From positions 1 to 42,149 of IMG/VR virus record IMGVR_UViG_3300050156_000030: a DNA stretch of 42,149 nucleotides. One strand, given 5' to 3'. The notes under the pieces are model-generated. The model saw only the letters and a list, made by a program, of their open reading frames with translations. It did not search any database and was not told where the DNA came from. The position numbers and the translations under genes are program-made. Source of the DNA: a virus (taxonomy: Duplodnaviria; Caudoviricetes). This document shows, piece by piece, positions 7,772 through 16,541 of this stretch (position 1 is the first letter of the stretch; every line of letters starts with the position of its first letter).

Positions 7772-8706
7772 TGACCACGCATTACAAGGGGTCGAAGGGC
7801 TCCGTCGAAATCGCCAGCATGAACGGCAAGCACGCAGCCACCGCTGCAGCCAAGCTGCGCCGCGAAGCACCTGACCGCATCGCCGAAATCGAAGCGCTTG
7901 AGGTACACGCCGCACGCATGGCCGAGGAACACGCAACGGCCACGATTGGCGATAACGGTGGGCCAGCACTGGAACCAGACGCTCCGAAGGTGGGCACATG
8001 GGATGCCATCAAGGCGCATCTGGATGACTTGCTGACCGAGGCCGGTAATTGGGCTGATGGCGTCAACGTCGTCAGCCAGGAGCAGGCCGACACAATCGGC
8101 CGCCTGCGCCAGCAACTGCAGCAGGCTATCACCGCAGCGGATGCCGCCCGCGTTGAGGAAAAGCGCCCGCTTGATGAACAGATCGCGGCAATTCAGGATC
8201 GCTACAACGCATACATCGCGCCATTGAAGAACAAGCACCCCGGCAGCGCATCAAAGGCCGTGGCCGCGCTGGGCAACCTGCTGACAGCATGGTTGAACAA
8301 GCTGGATGACGAACGGCGCGAGCGGGAACGCGCGGCGGCGAAAGCGGCGGCGGTTGCGGCGGCTGAGGCGCTGGCGGCCCGGGCTGAGGCCAAGCAGGCT
8401 ACTGATCTGACCGCGATGGACCGCGCCGACGACATGCTTGCAGAGGCCGAAGCCTTGCTCAAGCAGGCGAAGGGCGTTTCGAGCGAAAAGGTGCAAGCCC
8501 AAGGCGAAACCCGCGCGATCGGCCTGCGCTCCTACTGGACCGCCGAAATGATCGAAGGCGGCGGGGCTGATGCTCTGCGCCACTACCTCAAGACCAAGCC
8601 CGATCGGGTCAAGGCGTTCTTGCAGAGCCTTGCCGATGAAGACGTGCGCAATGGCCTGCGCGCGGTTCCCGGATTCACCATCACCGAAATCAAGAAAGTC
8701 GCATAA
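7771..8706 (+). CDS. Coiled-coil recombination-module protein (Gam/Gp157-like, uncertain)
   Basis: Long helical protein ending RAVPGFTITE; lies between the recombinase and ssb. Confidence 0.55.
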   Translation: MTTHYKGSKGSVEIASMNGKHAATAAAKLRREAPDRIAEIEALEVHAARMAEEHATATIGDNGGPALEPDAPKVGTWDAIKAHLDDLLTEAGNWADGVNVVSQEQADTIGRLRQQLQQAITAADAARVEEKRPLDEQIAAIQDRYNAYIAPLKNKHPGSASKAVAALGNLLTAWLNKLDDERRERERAAAKAAAVAAAEALAARAEAKQATDLTAMDRADDMLAEAEALLKQAKGVSSEKVQAQGETRAIGLRSYWTAEMIEGGGADALRHYLKTKPDRVKAFLQSLADEDVRNGLRAVPGFTITEIKKVA

Positions 8707-9140
8707 TGCTTATCGTCACTCTCGCAGGCAATCTTGGCCGCGATGCCGAGTTCAAGACCACTCAGAACGGCAAGGAACTGTGCTCGTTCCCCGTGGCTGT
8801 TACGGTTGGATATGGGGACAGCAAGTCCACTGTCTGGCTTGACGTGTCGAAGTGGGGTGCGGGCGCAAAAGGCCTGTCTGGCATTCTGCGCAAGGGCACC
8901 AAAGTTGCCGTCTCTGGCGAACTTTCGACCCGCGAACACAACGGCAAGACCTACCTGCAATGCCGCGCCGATCATGTGACCCTGCAAGGCGATGCGCCGG
9001 GCGGTGGTCGTGGTGAGCGCAAGCAGCCCTATGGCAGCGATGAACCGCGCGGCGGGGATGGATCACGCGGTCATGCCGGTGGGTTCGCCGACGATTTAGA
9101 CGACGATATCCCATTTATTTCCAGTCGCGGAATGCACTGA
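8706..9140 (+). CDS. ssb: Single-stranded DNA-binding protein
   Basis: AGNLGRDAE...LRKGTKVAVSGELSTRE OB fold, Gly-rich linker, DDDIPF. Confidence 0.93.
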   Translation: MLIVTLAGNLGRDAEFKTTQNGKELCSFPVAVTVGYGDSKSTVWLDVSKWGAGAKGLSGILRKGTKVAVSGELSTREHNGKTYLQCRADHVTLQGDAPGGGRGERKQPYGSDEPRGGDGSRGHAGGFADDLDDDIPFISSRGMH

Positions 9141-9236
9141 CCAGTTCCCGTCGCGGGGAGTGTTCGGACCCCGCGTGGAATACCCGCTGGCATGCCGGGT
9201 GGGAACGCCTGCCAACATTTCACAGGATCTAGGTCA

Positions 9237-9581
9237 ATGCTTCCACCTCGCACCCCCAAGAAGACCAAGACAGACAGCCGGTGGCGCTCGCCTGCGCACC
9301 TAGCGTTTGTTCGCTCGCACCAATGCAGCGTTGATGGCTGCCCCGCCATGCCCATTGAAGCCGCACACGTCCGCTTCGGATCAGGCGCAGGCATGGGGCA
9401 AAAGCCGGATGACTGGCGGGCAGTAAGTCTGTGCCGGGATCATCATACCCGGCAACATGAGGTCGGAGAGCGCACGTTCTGGGCAGGTGTGGACGTTGAG
9501 GCGCTGATTGACGCCTTCGCCACGGCCAGCCCGAAGGCGCAGGAAATCCGCCGCATTCGTTTGGAAAGGGCCGCAGCATGA
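9237..9581 (+). CDS. DUF968-like putative HNH nuclease (nin region)
   Basis: RWRSPAHLAFVRSHQC...EAAHVR...GMGQKPDD..AVSLCRDHHTRQH. Confidence 0.8.
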   Translation: MLPPRTPKKTKTDSRWRSPAHLAFVRSHQCSVDGCPAMPIEAAHVRFGSGAGMGQKPDDWRAVSLCRDHHTRQHEVGERTFWAGVDVEALIDAFATASPKAQEIRRIRLERAAA

Positions 9582-10009
9582 GCCGCGCCGCCCCCAACCA
9601 TTTCCGCAAGACCCTGAACGGCTTCCAGCCAGTCAGCAAGGCCGCGCAAGAGTTTCACACCAAGACCAAGTTAGGCCAGGTGGTTGAGTTGAAAGGCAGA
9701 CGCCCGCGCAACCCCGGCCATCATCGCAAGCTGTTCGCCCTGCTTGGCGTGCTGGTGGACAACACCGAAGACTTTTCCAGCACCGAAGACGCTCTGACCG
9801 CGATCAAGGCTGCGACCGGCCATGGCCGCTGGGTCAAGATCGGCAGGGCAGAGCGCGAACTGTTTATGCCTGACAGCATCGCCTTTGACGCGATGGGGCA
9901 GGATGATTTCGAAGCCTTTTACAGCCGAGCCATCGCAGCGGTGATCCGCTTCTGGCTGCCGGTTTCAGATGAACAACTGCGCGAGGCTGTTGAGGCCTTC
10001 GCCGCGTAA
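9578..10009 (+). CDS. DUF1367 / NinB-like recombination protein
   Basis: RPRNPGHHRKLFALL...PDSIAFDAMGQDDFEAFY. Confidence 0.8.
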   Translation: MSRAAPNHFRKTLNGFQPVSKAAQEFHTKTKLGQVVELKGRRPRNPGHHRKLFALLGVLVDNTEDFSSTEDALTAIKAATGHGRWVKIGRAERELFMPDSIAFDAMGQDDFEAFYSRAIAAVIRFWLPVSDEQLREAVEAFAA

Positions 10010-10031
10010 CCCATTATTCGGAGCAAATCCC

Positions 10032-10253
10032 ATGACCGACACCTTCTATGTCTGGCGCAGGCGCCATGGCCACCCCGACACGATGATCCCCGGTACCCGC
10101 AAGAAGCTGCCGCGCTACCGTCATCCGTCGCTGGAATCAGCGCAGACAGAAGCAGAGCGCCTGAGCGCCGCGCATCCCGATAGCCGCTTTTTGGTGGTGC
10201 AGGTCGTTGCCGAAGTCGGGCCGGTGGCTGTGGCAGAGGATGTTGCGGCGTGA
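10032..10253 (+). CDS. Hypothetical phage protein
   Basis: PRYRHPSLESAQTEAERLSAAHPDSRFLV is a common small phage-protein pattern; GGAG RBS. Confidence 0.65.
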   Translation: MTDTFYVWRRRHGHPDTMIPGTRKKLPRYRHPSLESAQTEAERLSAAHPDSRFLVVQVVAEVGPVAVAEDVAA

Positions 10254-10921
10254 CAGCCCGTGTCCTGATCGGTTGCGAGTTCAGCGGCACCGTCCGCCGA
10301 GCATTCACCGCAGCCGGTTTCGATGCATGGTCCTGCGACCTGCTTCCGGCCGAGGATGGCAGCAACCACCACATAACCGCTGACGTGCGGGAAGTGCTGG
10401 GCGAGGGCTGGGACATGCTTATTATAGCGCACCCGCCATGTACGCGCCTGTGCAATTCTGGCGTGCGCTGGCTGACCACACCGCCGCCTGGGCGCACCAG
10501 CGCGGACCTTTGGCGCGAACTGGACGAAGGCGCAGACTTGTTCTCGACGCTCTGGAATGCGCCAATCCCGCGCGTGGCGGTCGAAAACCCGGTCATGCAT
10601 AAGCACGCCAAGGCCCGCATCACGAACTACCAGCCCGCCGCGCAAAGCGTGCAGCCGTGGCAATATGGCGATTGGGAGAGCAAGCGCACCTGCTTGTGGC
10701 TGCGCGATCTACCGCCGCTTATCCCGACCTATTCGACGCTAGACGCGGTGCGCACTGGCCTTGGGCTGGCGCTAGATGCAAAGCCAATCGAACGGGTCCA
10801 TCGTATGCCTCCGGGTGTTGGCCGGGCCAAGGAGCGCAGCCGGTTCTTTCCGGGCATCGCGGCGGCCATGGCAACGCAGTGGGGACCATTGCTTGCCGTG
10901 CAGGAAGCGAGGGCAGCATGA
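10250..10921 (+). CDS. Short phage DNA cytosine-C5 methyltransferase-like protein
   Basis: VLIGCEFSG, AWSCDLLP, AHPPCT (catalytic PC), VENP, KRTCLW, RSRFFPGIAAAMATQW. Confidence 0.75.
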   Translation: MTARVLIGCEFSGTVRRAFTAAGFDAWSCDLLPAEDGSNHHITADVREVLGEGWDMLIIAHPPCTRLCNSGVRWLTTPPPGRTSADLWRELDEGADLFSTLWNAPIPRVAVENPVMHKHAKARITNYQPAAQSVQPWQYGDWESKRTCLWLRDLPPLIPTYSTLDAVRTGLGLALDAKPIERVHRMPPGVGRAKERSRFFPGIAAAMATQWGPLLAVQEARAA

Positions 10922-10922
10922 C

Positions 10923-11156
10923 ATGCCCGCAAACCCCGGCACCGGCCATGTGCCCGACGACTGCTACGCGATCGATCCTGAAACTGGCGAAGTCGTCGGC
11001 ACGCGCGCAGTCCATGTTGTGCTGTTCAATGGCTGGTCGAGCCGCGCAGCCGGGCACGCGCCTTGGCCCGCTGCTGGTGGCCGCCTGCCAACGCAATGGC
11101 GGATTAGCAGCCCGCCGCATCCGTTTGAAATCCGTGAGTATGAGGTGATTTTATGA
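10923..11156 (+). CDS. Hypothetical protein
   Basis: MPANPG...WRISSPPHPFEIREYEVIL; coupled to the methyltransferase. Confidence 0.6.
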   Translation: MPANPGTGHVPDDCYAIDPETGEVVGTRAVHVVLFNGWSSRAAGHAPWPAAGGRLPTQWRISSPPHPFEIREYEVIL

Positions 11157-12008
11157 CGCCAATCACCATCGGCCCTGCCACGCTCTACCTTGGCGATGCC
11201 TATGCCATCCGGCCCACGCTGGGCTTCATGGACGCAGACGTGCTTGATCCGCCGTACCTGTTCAACAACTCGGGCGGCGGCGCGTTCCGCAAGGCACGCG
11301 GTGCCAGTGATCAGATTGTCGAAGAGCAGCTAGACCGTGGCTTTGATCAGGCGATCGTCAATCCGCTGCTGTGCGGCGCTGCGGTTGTCTTCTGCCATCA
11401 GGACCAACTCCCAACCTTGCTGGCCTATTTGAACGGCGGGTTTCATCGGTTTGCGCTCTGCACCTGGCACAAGCCAAATCCATCGCCGATGGCGAACAAG
11501 CACTACCTCGCTGACACAGAGCCGTACATTCACGCATGGAACCGGGGTTACCATCCGCAGGGCGACCATCACGACAAGCACCGGCATATCACGGCCGGCA
11601 CGATGGCCAGCAAGACTTATGGCCACCCAACCGTGAAGCCAGATGCAGTGATGGACAAGATCCTGCGCAACGTGGCTGGCGAAACGGTGTGCGACCCGTT
11701 CATGGGCACCGGCAGTACGGGCGTTGCGGCGGTGCGCGCGGGCAAGCGGTTCACCGGCATTGAACACAACCCGCAGCATTTCGAGACGGCTGTGCGGCGG
11801 ATCACCGCTGCGGTTGAGGCGCTTGGGCAAACGGGAGAAGCGGCATGATCGCCTCTCACCCTTCTCCGGCCACCCCGCCGCCGTTCTCGGTCCCGCAACT
11901 TGCTGCGCGCTGGGGCTGCTCAGCCGGGCTGGTTGACAATCTTTGCGCCCGACCGCGATTGGAAGGGCGCATCAGTTCGCCGCCGCATCCGTTTGAAATC
12001 CGTGAGTA
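11112..12008 (+). repeat. 29-bp exact direct repeat flanking the N6/N4 methyltransferase gene
   Basis: CCGCCGCATCCGTTTGAAATCCGTGAGTA at 11112-11140 and 11980-12008. Confidence 0.9.
11153..11848 (+). CDS. DNA adenine/N4-cytosine methyltransferase (beta class)
   Basis: LYLGDA, DPPY, HPTVKP, VCDPFMGTGSTGVAA, FTGIE. Confidence 0.93.
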   Translation: MTPITIGPATLYLGDAYAIRPTLGFMDADVLDPPYLFNNSGGGAFRKARGASDQIVEEQLDRGFDQAIVNPLLCGAAVVFCHQDQLPTLLAYLNGGFHRFALCTWHKPNPSPMANKHYLADTEPYIHAWNRGYHPQGDHHDKHRHITAGTMASKTYGHPTVKPDAVMDKILRNVAGETVCDPFMGTGSTGVAAVRAGKRFTGIEHNPQHFETAVRRITAAVEALGQTGEAA

Positions 12009-12021
12009 CGAACCAGTTTGA
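11845..12021 (+). pseudogene. Chimeric 58-aa ORF: excisionase-like HTH start fused to a copy of the 10923-11156 C-terminus
   Basis: ...PFSVPQLAARWGCSAGLV... then RISSPPHPFEIREYE; ATGA overlap with the methyltransferase stop. Confidence 0.5.
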
Positions 12022-12085
12022 ACACCCCGACGAGCCGGGGACTACCGGGACGCTCGCCATTGTGCCCGGTTTGGAGTTTTGACGC

Positions 12086-13177
12086 ATGGCCACGCCGCCA
12101 AAGATTATTCCGCGTCGCGAGGACGGTACGATTGTATGGCCAGAGGCTTATCCTACCGATCCATTCTACTGCCACGGCCCCACGCTCATATCCTTTAGCG
12201 GCGGGCGCACTAGCGCCTACATGCTGTTCCGTGTGCTGTGGGCACATGGTGGCGTGCTGCCTGCTGACGTGCATGTGGTGTTCGCCAACACAGGGAAGGA
12301 GAGCGAGGAGACTTTGCGCTTCATCCATGAGTGCGCAGTACGCTGGGGCATCCACATCGTCTGGCTAGAATGGCGGGCCGGTGCCGGCCATGCCACCGAG
12401 GATCGGTTCGAGATCGTCGGCTACAACAGCGCGTCCCGCAATGGTGAACCGCTGCGGGCAATTTTCCGACGAAAGAAGTACCTGCCGAACGCCGTGACCC
12501 GCTTCTGCACCGCAGAGGCGAAGATCGAGACGATGAAGCAATACATGCTCTCGCTCGGGTATGCGCACTGGACCAATGTCGTGGGTTTGCGCGCCGATGA
12601 ACCGAAGCGCTTGCTCAAGCAGGTGATGCGCAATGCCTCCGGTGCCGAACGGTGGCGCTCTACCTGCCCTCTGGCGCTGGCTGGCGTCATCAAGGCACAT
12701 GTCATGCGGTTCTGGCTGGGTCGCAACCAATGGGGCACCGACCGGCGCTATGCGCTTCCGCAGGGGTTCGATCTTGGGTTGGACGACCACGACGGCAACT
12801 GCGATGCCTGTATGCTCAAGGGCTTTCTGGTGCTGGCCCACATCGAGCGCAAGCGGCCCGGCACACTCGATTGGTGGATCGAGGTCGAGGACGAAACCAG
12901 CCACCTGACAAGCAATCCGAACGGTGCGCGGTTCGTCACCGAATACAGCTATCGCGAAGTGCAGGCGCTGGCGCGGTCTGCTACCGAACTACCCGGATTG
13001 GACATGGTTCAGGTCGAGGATTGTACCGGCGAGGTTTGCCACGTCGGCACCGATGATGAGATCGATGATGCTACGGCTTCTTGGATCATGGAGCAGCTAT
13101 CCAAGGCTCACACCATGCCAGTACCGCGCGCCAAGGAAGATGCTGCGCTCGGTGACCTGTTCGGCGAAGCCACATGA
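12086..13177 (+). CDS. PAPS-reductase-family (PP-loop, Cys-rich) protein
   Basis: ISFSGGRTS PP-loop, VFANTGKE, RFCTAEAK, VGLRADE, GNCDACMLK. Confidence 0.85.
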   Translation: MATPPKIIPRREDGTIVWPEAYPTDPFYCHGPTLISFSGGRTSAYMLFRVLWAHGGVLPADVHVVFANTGKESEETLRFIHECAVRWGIHIVWLEWRAGAGHATEDRFEIVGYNSASRNGEPLRAIFRRKKYLPNAVTRFCTAEAKIETMKQYMLSLGYAHWTNVVGLRADEPKRLLKQVMRNASGAERWRSTCPLALAGVIKAHVMRFWLGRNQWGTDRRYALPQGFDLGLDDHDGNCDACMLKGFLVLAHIERKRPGTLDWWIEVEDETSHLTSNPNGARFVTEYSYREVQALARSATELPGLDMVQVEDCTGEVCHVGTDDEIDDATASWIMEQLSKAHTMPVPRAKEDAALGDLFGEAT

Positions 13178-13208
13178 CCCGCACACTCCTAACCGAGCAG
13201 GAAGCAGC

Positions 13209-13385
13209 ATGAGTGCCCCCGCACGTTTCCGAGAGGCCGATATCAGGCGCGCCGCTGCTGGTGTGCAGCGTGCGGGCATTCAGATCGCACGAATTGAGAT
13301 AGACCACAGCGGCAAAATCGTCATCATCCCCGGCCTTCCAACGCAAGGCCGGGAATCGGACGAATGGCGAGACCTAGACGGATGA
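13209..13385 (+). CDS. Putative excisionase / recombination directionality factor
   Basis: ARFREADIRRAAAGVQRAGIQIARIEIDHSGKIVII; small gene overlapping the integrase start, a frequent alphaproteobacterial arrangement. Confidence 0.55.
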   Translation: MSAPARFREADIRRAAAGVQRAGIQIARIEIDHSGKIVIIPGLPTQGRESDEWRDLDG

Positions 13386-14431
13386 CCAGCCTGCCACCCT
13401 ATGCCAGCGCCTTTGCAGACCGCCACGGCAAGACCCGCATTCGGTTGCGGCGCAAGGGGTGGCCAGCGATCTACGTCACGGCATCACCCGGAACACCCGA
13501 GTTCACCGAAGCCTATTACGCATGGCTGAACGCCAAGCCAGCGATTGCACAGGACCGCGCCAAGCCGGGAAGTTTTGACGACCTGATTGCCCGGTTTTAT
13601 CGTGAGAATGCTTGGGCGCGCCTGAACCCCAGCACGCAGGAAACCTATCGCGGCATCATCGAACGGTTTCGCACCACTTATGGCGATCGATCTGCCGCCA
13701 CCATGACTGCCCGCCACGTCACTACGCTGATGGGCAAGATGGCTGAAACCCCGACCGCCGCCAACAACTTGCGCAAGAGGCTTGGTCAGTTGTTTGCGCT
13801 GGCGATCAATCTTGGCTGGCGAACTGACAACCCCGTTGCATCCGTAAAGGGCTTAAAAACGCGCAAAGGCGGCTTCCAGACGTGGCAGGAAGAGCAGATC
13901 GCCATGTTCGAAGCACGGTGGCCGATAGGGACCATGGCGCGCCTTGCATTCGACCTGGCCCTTTACACGGCGCAGCGCCGCAGTGACCTGCGCCTGATGG
14001 GGCCCCAGCACATCAAAGATGGGCGGATCAGCCTGCGCCAGATCAAGACCGGCAAGGCGATGGCCGTGCCGATTCACCCAAGGCTTGCCGCCAGCATTGC
14101 CGCGACCAAGACAGGCCACCTCGCATTTCTGGTCACGGAATACGGTGTGCCATTTGCTGAAAACGGTTTCGGCATGTGGTTTATGAAGAAATGCCGCGCC
14201 GCCGGGATCGTCGGCTATCCGATGCACGGTCTGCGCAAAGCCGCCGCGCGCCGCATGGCAGAGGCAGGGCTCACCAACCAGCAGATTAAAGCCATCACCG
14301 GCCACACGACCGATAGCGAGGTTGCGCGCTATACCCGCGAGGCTGAGCAGGTCTTGCTTGCCGACAGGGCCATGGCGGCGCTTGTGCGGTCGGAAAAATC
14401 CACTTCACAAGAGCGGAAATCCGGCGCATAA
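13364..14431 (+). CDS. int: Tyrosine integrase
   Basis: Catalytic set R (AQRRSD), K (QIKTG), HGLR, GH and Y (ARYT); alternative start ATG 13382. Confidence 0.95.
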   Translation: MARPRRMTSLPPYASAFADRHGKTRIRLRRKGWPAIYVTASPGTPEFTEAYYAWLNAKPAIAQDRAKPGSFDDLIARFYRENAWARLNPSTQETYRGIIERFRTTYGDRSAATMTARHVTTLMGKMAETPTAANNLRKRLGQLFALAINLGWRTDNPVASVKGLKTRKGGFQTWQEEQIAMFEARWPIGTMARLAFDLALYTAQRRSDLRLMGPQHIKDGRISLRQIKTGKAMAVPIHPRLAASIAATKTGHLAFLVTEYGVPFAENGFGMWFMKKCRAAGIVGYPMHGLRKAAARRMAEAGLTNQQIKAITGHTTDSEVARYTREAEQVLLADRAMAALVRSEKSTSQERKSGA

Positions 14432-14438
14432 GGGTGGA

Positions 14439-14576
14439 ATGAAATGGAAAGATGTACTTAACGATGCCGAACGTGAACGGCTTTCAGAGATGAAAGGCAT
14501 CCGGCGTTTGTTGAACGCTGAATACCGCCGCATTTATGACCGTTGCCGCAAGCGCTTGGCGAAACTGAAACCCTGA
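14439..14576 (+). CDS. Small basic protein between int and attP
   Basis: MKWKDVLNDAERERLSEMKGIRRLLNAEYRRIYDRCRKRLAKLKP. Confidence 0.5.
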   Translation: MKWKDVLNDAERERLSEMKGIRRLLNAEYRRIYDRCRKRLAKLKP

Positions 14577-14577
14577 G

Positions 14578-14763
14578 TTTGTCTAACCAGCCCGATCCCC
14601 CATTGGCTAACCTTTCCTAAGGTGTTGGAAAAGTTAGCGGAATGGTGGGGGGTGGTGGGCCCGGCAGGATCAAAGCAAATGAACGATTACAAGCAGATGA
14701 TTTGTCTAACCCCCTGCGAATGCGCAACGGGATTCCGTGCGCCCTGCGGTGGTTTGTCTAACC
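14578..14763. other. attP: tRNA 3'-end core with integrase arm-type repeats
   Basis: Core 14653-14669 reads TCCTGCCGGGCCCACCA on the minus strand (T-arm/acceptor/CCA of a tRNA); TTTGTCTAACC at 14578, 14701 and 14753 and ATTGGCTAACC at 14602 flank it on both sides. Confidence 0.85.
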
Positions 14764-14782
14764 TTTTCGGAGGGCTTGGCGC

Positions 14783-15070
14783 ATGACGCATACACCTGGA
14801 CCGTGGGCAGTCAACCCCATGTGCGCATGGATCGATTGCGCCCAGCTTGATGTGGATGGCGACCCAACACCGCTCGCCAAACTAGCGTGGCCAACCAAGT
14901 ACCGCAGCGAAGAAGAAACGTGGGCCAACGCCCGCCTGATCGCCGCCGCGCCTGATTTGCTGGCTGCGTTGGGCTTCATGGTCAACGTAGCAAGGGCAAC
15001 TCCCGGCTTTTCCGCAATGGCGCGACAGGACGCCGAAAGGGTCATCGCCAAAGCTAAAGGTGAAGCATGA
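14783..15070 (+). CDS. Hypothetical phage protein (HTPGPW...ANARLIAAAPDLL family)
   Basis: Characteristic recurrent phage motif; GGAGG RBS. Confidence 0.8.
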   Translation: MTHTPGPWAVNPMCAWIDCAQLDVDGDPTPLAKLAWPTKYRSEEETWANARLIAAAPDLLAALGFMVNVARATPGFSAMARQDAERVIAKAKGEA

Positions 15071-15351
15071 CGCACACCCCTGACACCATCCCCGAATGGG
15101 CACTGAAAGAAGCGTGCAAGCGTAGCGGGATGCCTTGGTATGTCTACCAAGGCAATTCCTATAGCCTTTACGCCAAAATGTCCATCAAGGCCCACGCCAG
15201 CACCATCGCCAAGTACGAAACCCCGCCTGTCGATCCCATCCGCGCCGAGGCTGAGCGCATGGTGGAAGCATGGGATTATGATCCGGCTGCGAACAACCTT
15301 GTCGATCTTGTCGAATCCGCCATCCGTCGCGGTAGGGAGATGGGGGTATGA
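15067..15351 (+). CDS. Hypothetical protein
   Basis: ATGA-coupled chain. Confidence 0.65.
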   Translation: MTHTPDTIPEWALKEACKRSGMPWYVYQGNSYSLYAKMSIKAHASTIAKYETPPVDPIRAEAERMVEAWDYDPAANNLVDLVESAIRRGREMGV

Positions 15352-15431
15352 CCCGCGCAGACCTAGCCCAGCGGTGTGAGGCTGCGAAAGGACCGGATCG
15401 GGAGTTGGAAGACCACGGGCGGATGCCATGA
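15348..15431 (+). pseudogene. Gene fragment (27 aa)
   Basis: MTRADLAQRCEAAKGPDRELE resembles the N-terminus of longer phage proteins; coupled on both sides. Confidence 0.35.
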
Positions 15432-15595
15432 CCGATGACGTTGCGAAGATCGCTGCGGATGAATGGTGCGACCACTGCGAGAGCCATTGCCCGCCACATG
15501 GCTACTGGCGCTGCCCGGTCTGCGATGCGGAATGGCCCGACGATGATGATGACCCATCCGTCCGCGCTCACCTGAAAGGACAAGATCATGACTGA
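15428..15595 (+). CDS. 55-aa zinc-finger microprotein
   Basis: WCDHCESHCPPHGYWRCPVCDAEWP (2 x CxxC); not in the ORF track. Confidence 0.55.
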   Translation: MTDDVAKIAADEWCDHCESHCPPHGYWRCPVCDAEWPDDDDDPSVRAHLKGQDHD

Positions 15596-15890
15596 CCTAT
15601 CCAAGCACGCAGAGGCGATCTTCAAACCCTTTGGCATGTCTATCTACGACATGGACGATCCTTTCATCGTACGGGAAGTTCACGCAGCCCTGACCAATAT
15701 TATCCATGAGGCGTTCGATGCCGGGGCTAAGGCTGGGTTAGAGAAGGCGGAGGACAAGGCCCAAGTTATGCGTAAAACATGGAGCAGCCGATTCGGCACA
15801 GACGAAGAACAGGGCATATGGGACCAGTCACTTCGCATTGAGGGGCAAATCCGCGCCATCGACCCCGCCAGCCTGAGGAGCGACGTATGA
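15588..15890 (+). CDS. Hypothetical protein
   Basis: AAAGGA RBS; coupled chain. Confidence 0.65.
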   Translation: MTDLSKHAEAIFKPFGMSIYDMDDPFIVREVHAALTNIIHEAFDAGAKAGLEKAEDKAQVMRKTWSSRFGTDEEQGIWDQSLRIEGQIRAIDPASLRSDV

Positions 15891-16222
15891 CCGGCCTGAC
15901 ACTCAAGCCTTGTCCGTTTTGCGGGGGCAGACGTCCCCATATCGGCGAGCATGACCGCTACCGCTACGTCGTTTGCGCAAACTGCTGCTGCCGCACCGGA
16001 ATGAGCCGTGAAGCGGACGACGCGGTTTTGGACTGGAACACCCGCACCGGCAAGCTGATCGAAGTCCCTGACGATGCGGTTGAGCGGATGGTGCGGGCGA
16101 TCCGAAAGGTTAATCTGTGGGACGGCGCACCTATCGTCTGTGATGCGCAACTCACCGATGATGAAGTGAACGACCTCGCCCAAGCAGCCCTCCACGCACT
16201 GACAGGAGGCGAGCATGGTTGA
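15887..16222 (+). CDS. lar: Lar-family restriction-alleviation protein
   Basis: LKPCPFCGG...YVVCANC...AVLDWNTR. Confidence 0.8.
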   Translation: MTGLTLKPCPFCGGRRPHIGEHDRYRYVVCANCCCRTGMSREADDAVLDWNTRTGKLIEVPDDAVERMVRAIRKVNLWDGAPIVCDAQLTDDEVNDLAQAALHALTGGEHG

Positions 16223-16541
16223 TGAAGCGCAGGCGGGCGATGGAGGCCCATGCGCCAGCTTGGTGCGCGCTGGCCGTGAATCCGCAGACAGAGACGCTCG
16301 CTTGACCGCCGCCGCTACCCCGCAATCACGGGCTATTCTGGACGCCGCTGCGATGGAATGGGCCATGGGTGACGAAAATGTTGCCGCAGGGATCATTGCC
16401 GAAGCGATCACCCAAGCCGAAGCCGCCACAATCGCAAATGTGGTGAAGTGGTTGCGGGGCCTGCACCGGACCCACGCCCACAAATTAGCCGCCGACTTTT
16501 TTGCCGCCGCGATCGAAAACGGAGACTGGCGCAATGGATGA
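16215..16541 (+). CDS. Hypothetical protein
   Basis: AGGAGG RBS; overlap coupling. Confidence 0.6.
   Translation: MVDEAQAGDGGPCASLVRAGRESADRDARLTAAATPQSRAILDAAAMEWAMGDENVAAGIIAEAITQAEAATIANVVKWLRGLHRTHAHKLAADFFAAAIENGDWRNG

Noticed and set aside
14653-14669. Possible tRNA gene
   Set aside because: Only the last 17 nt of a tRNA are present, with no D or anticodon arms; interpreted as the att core.
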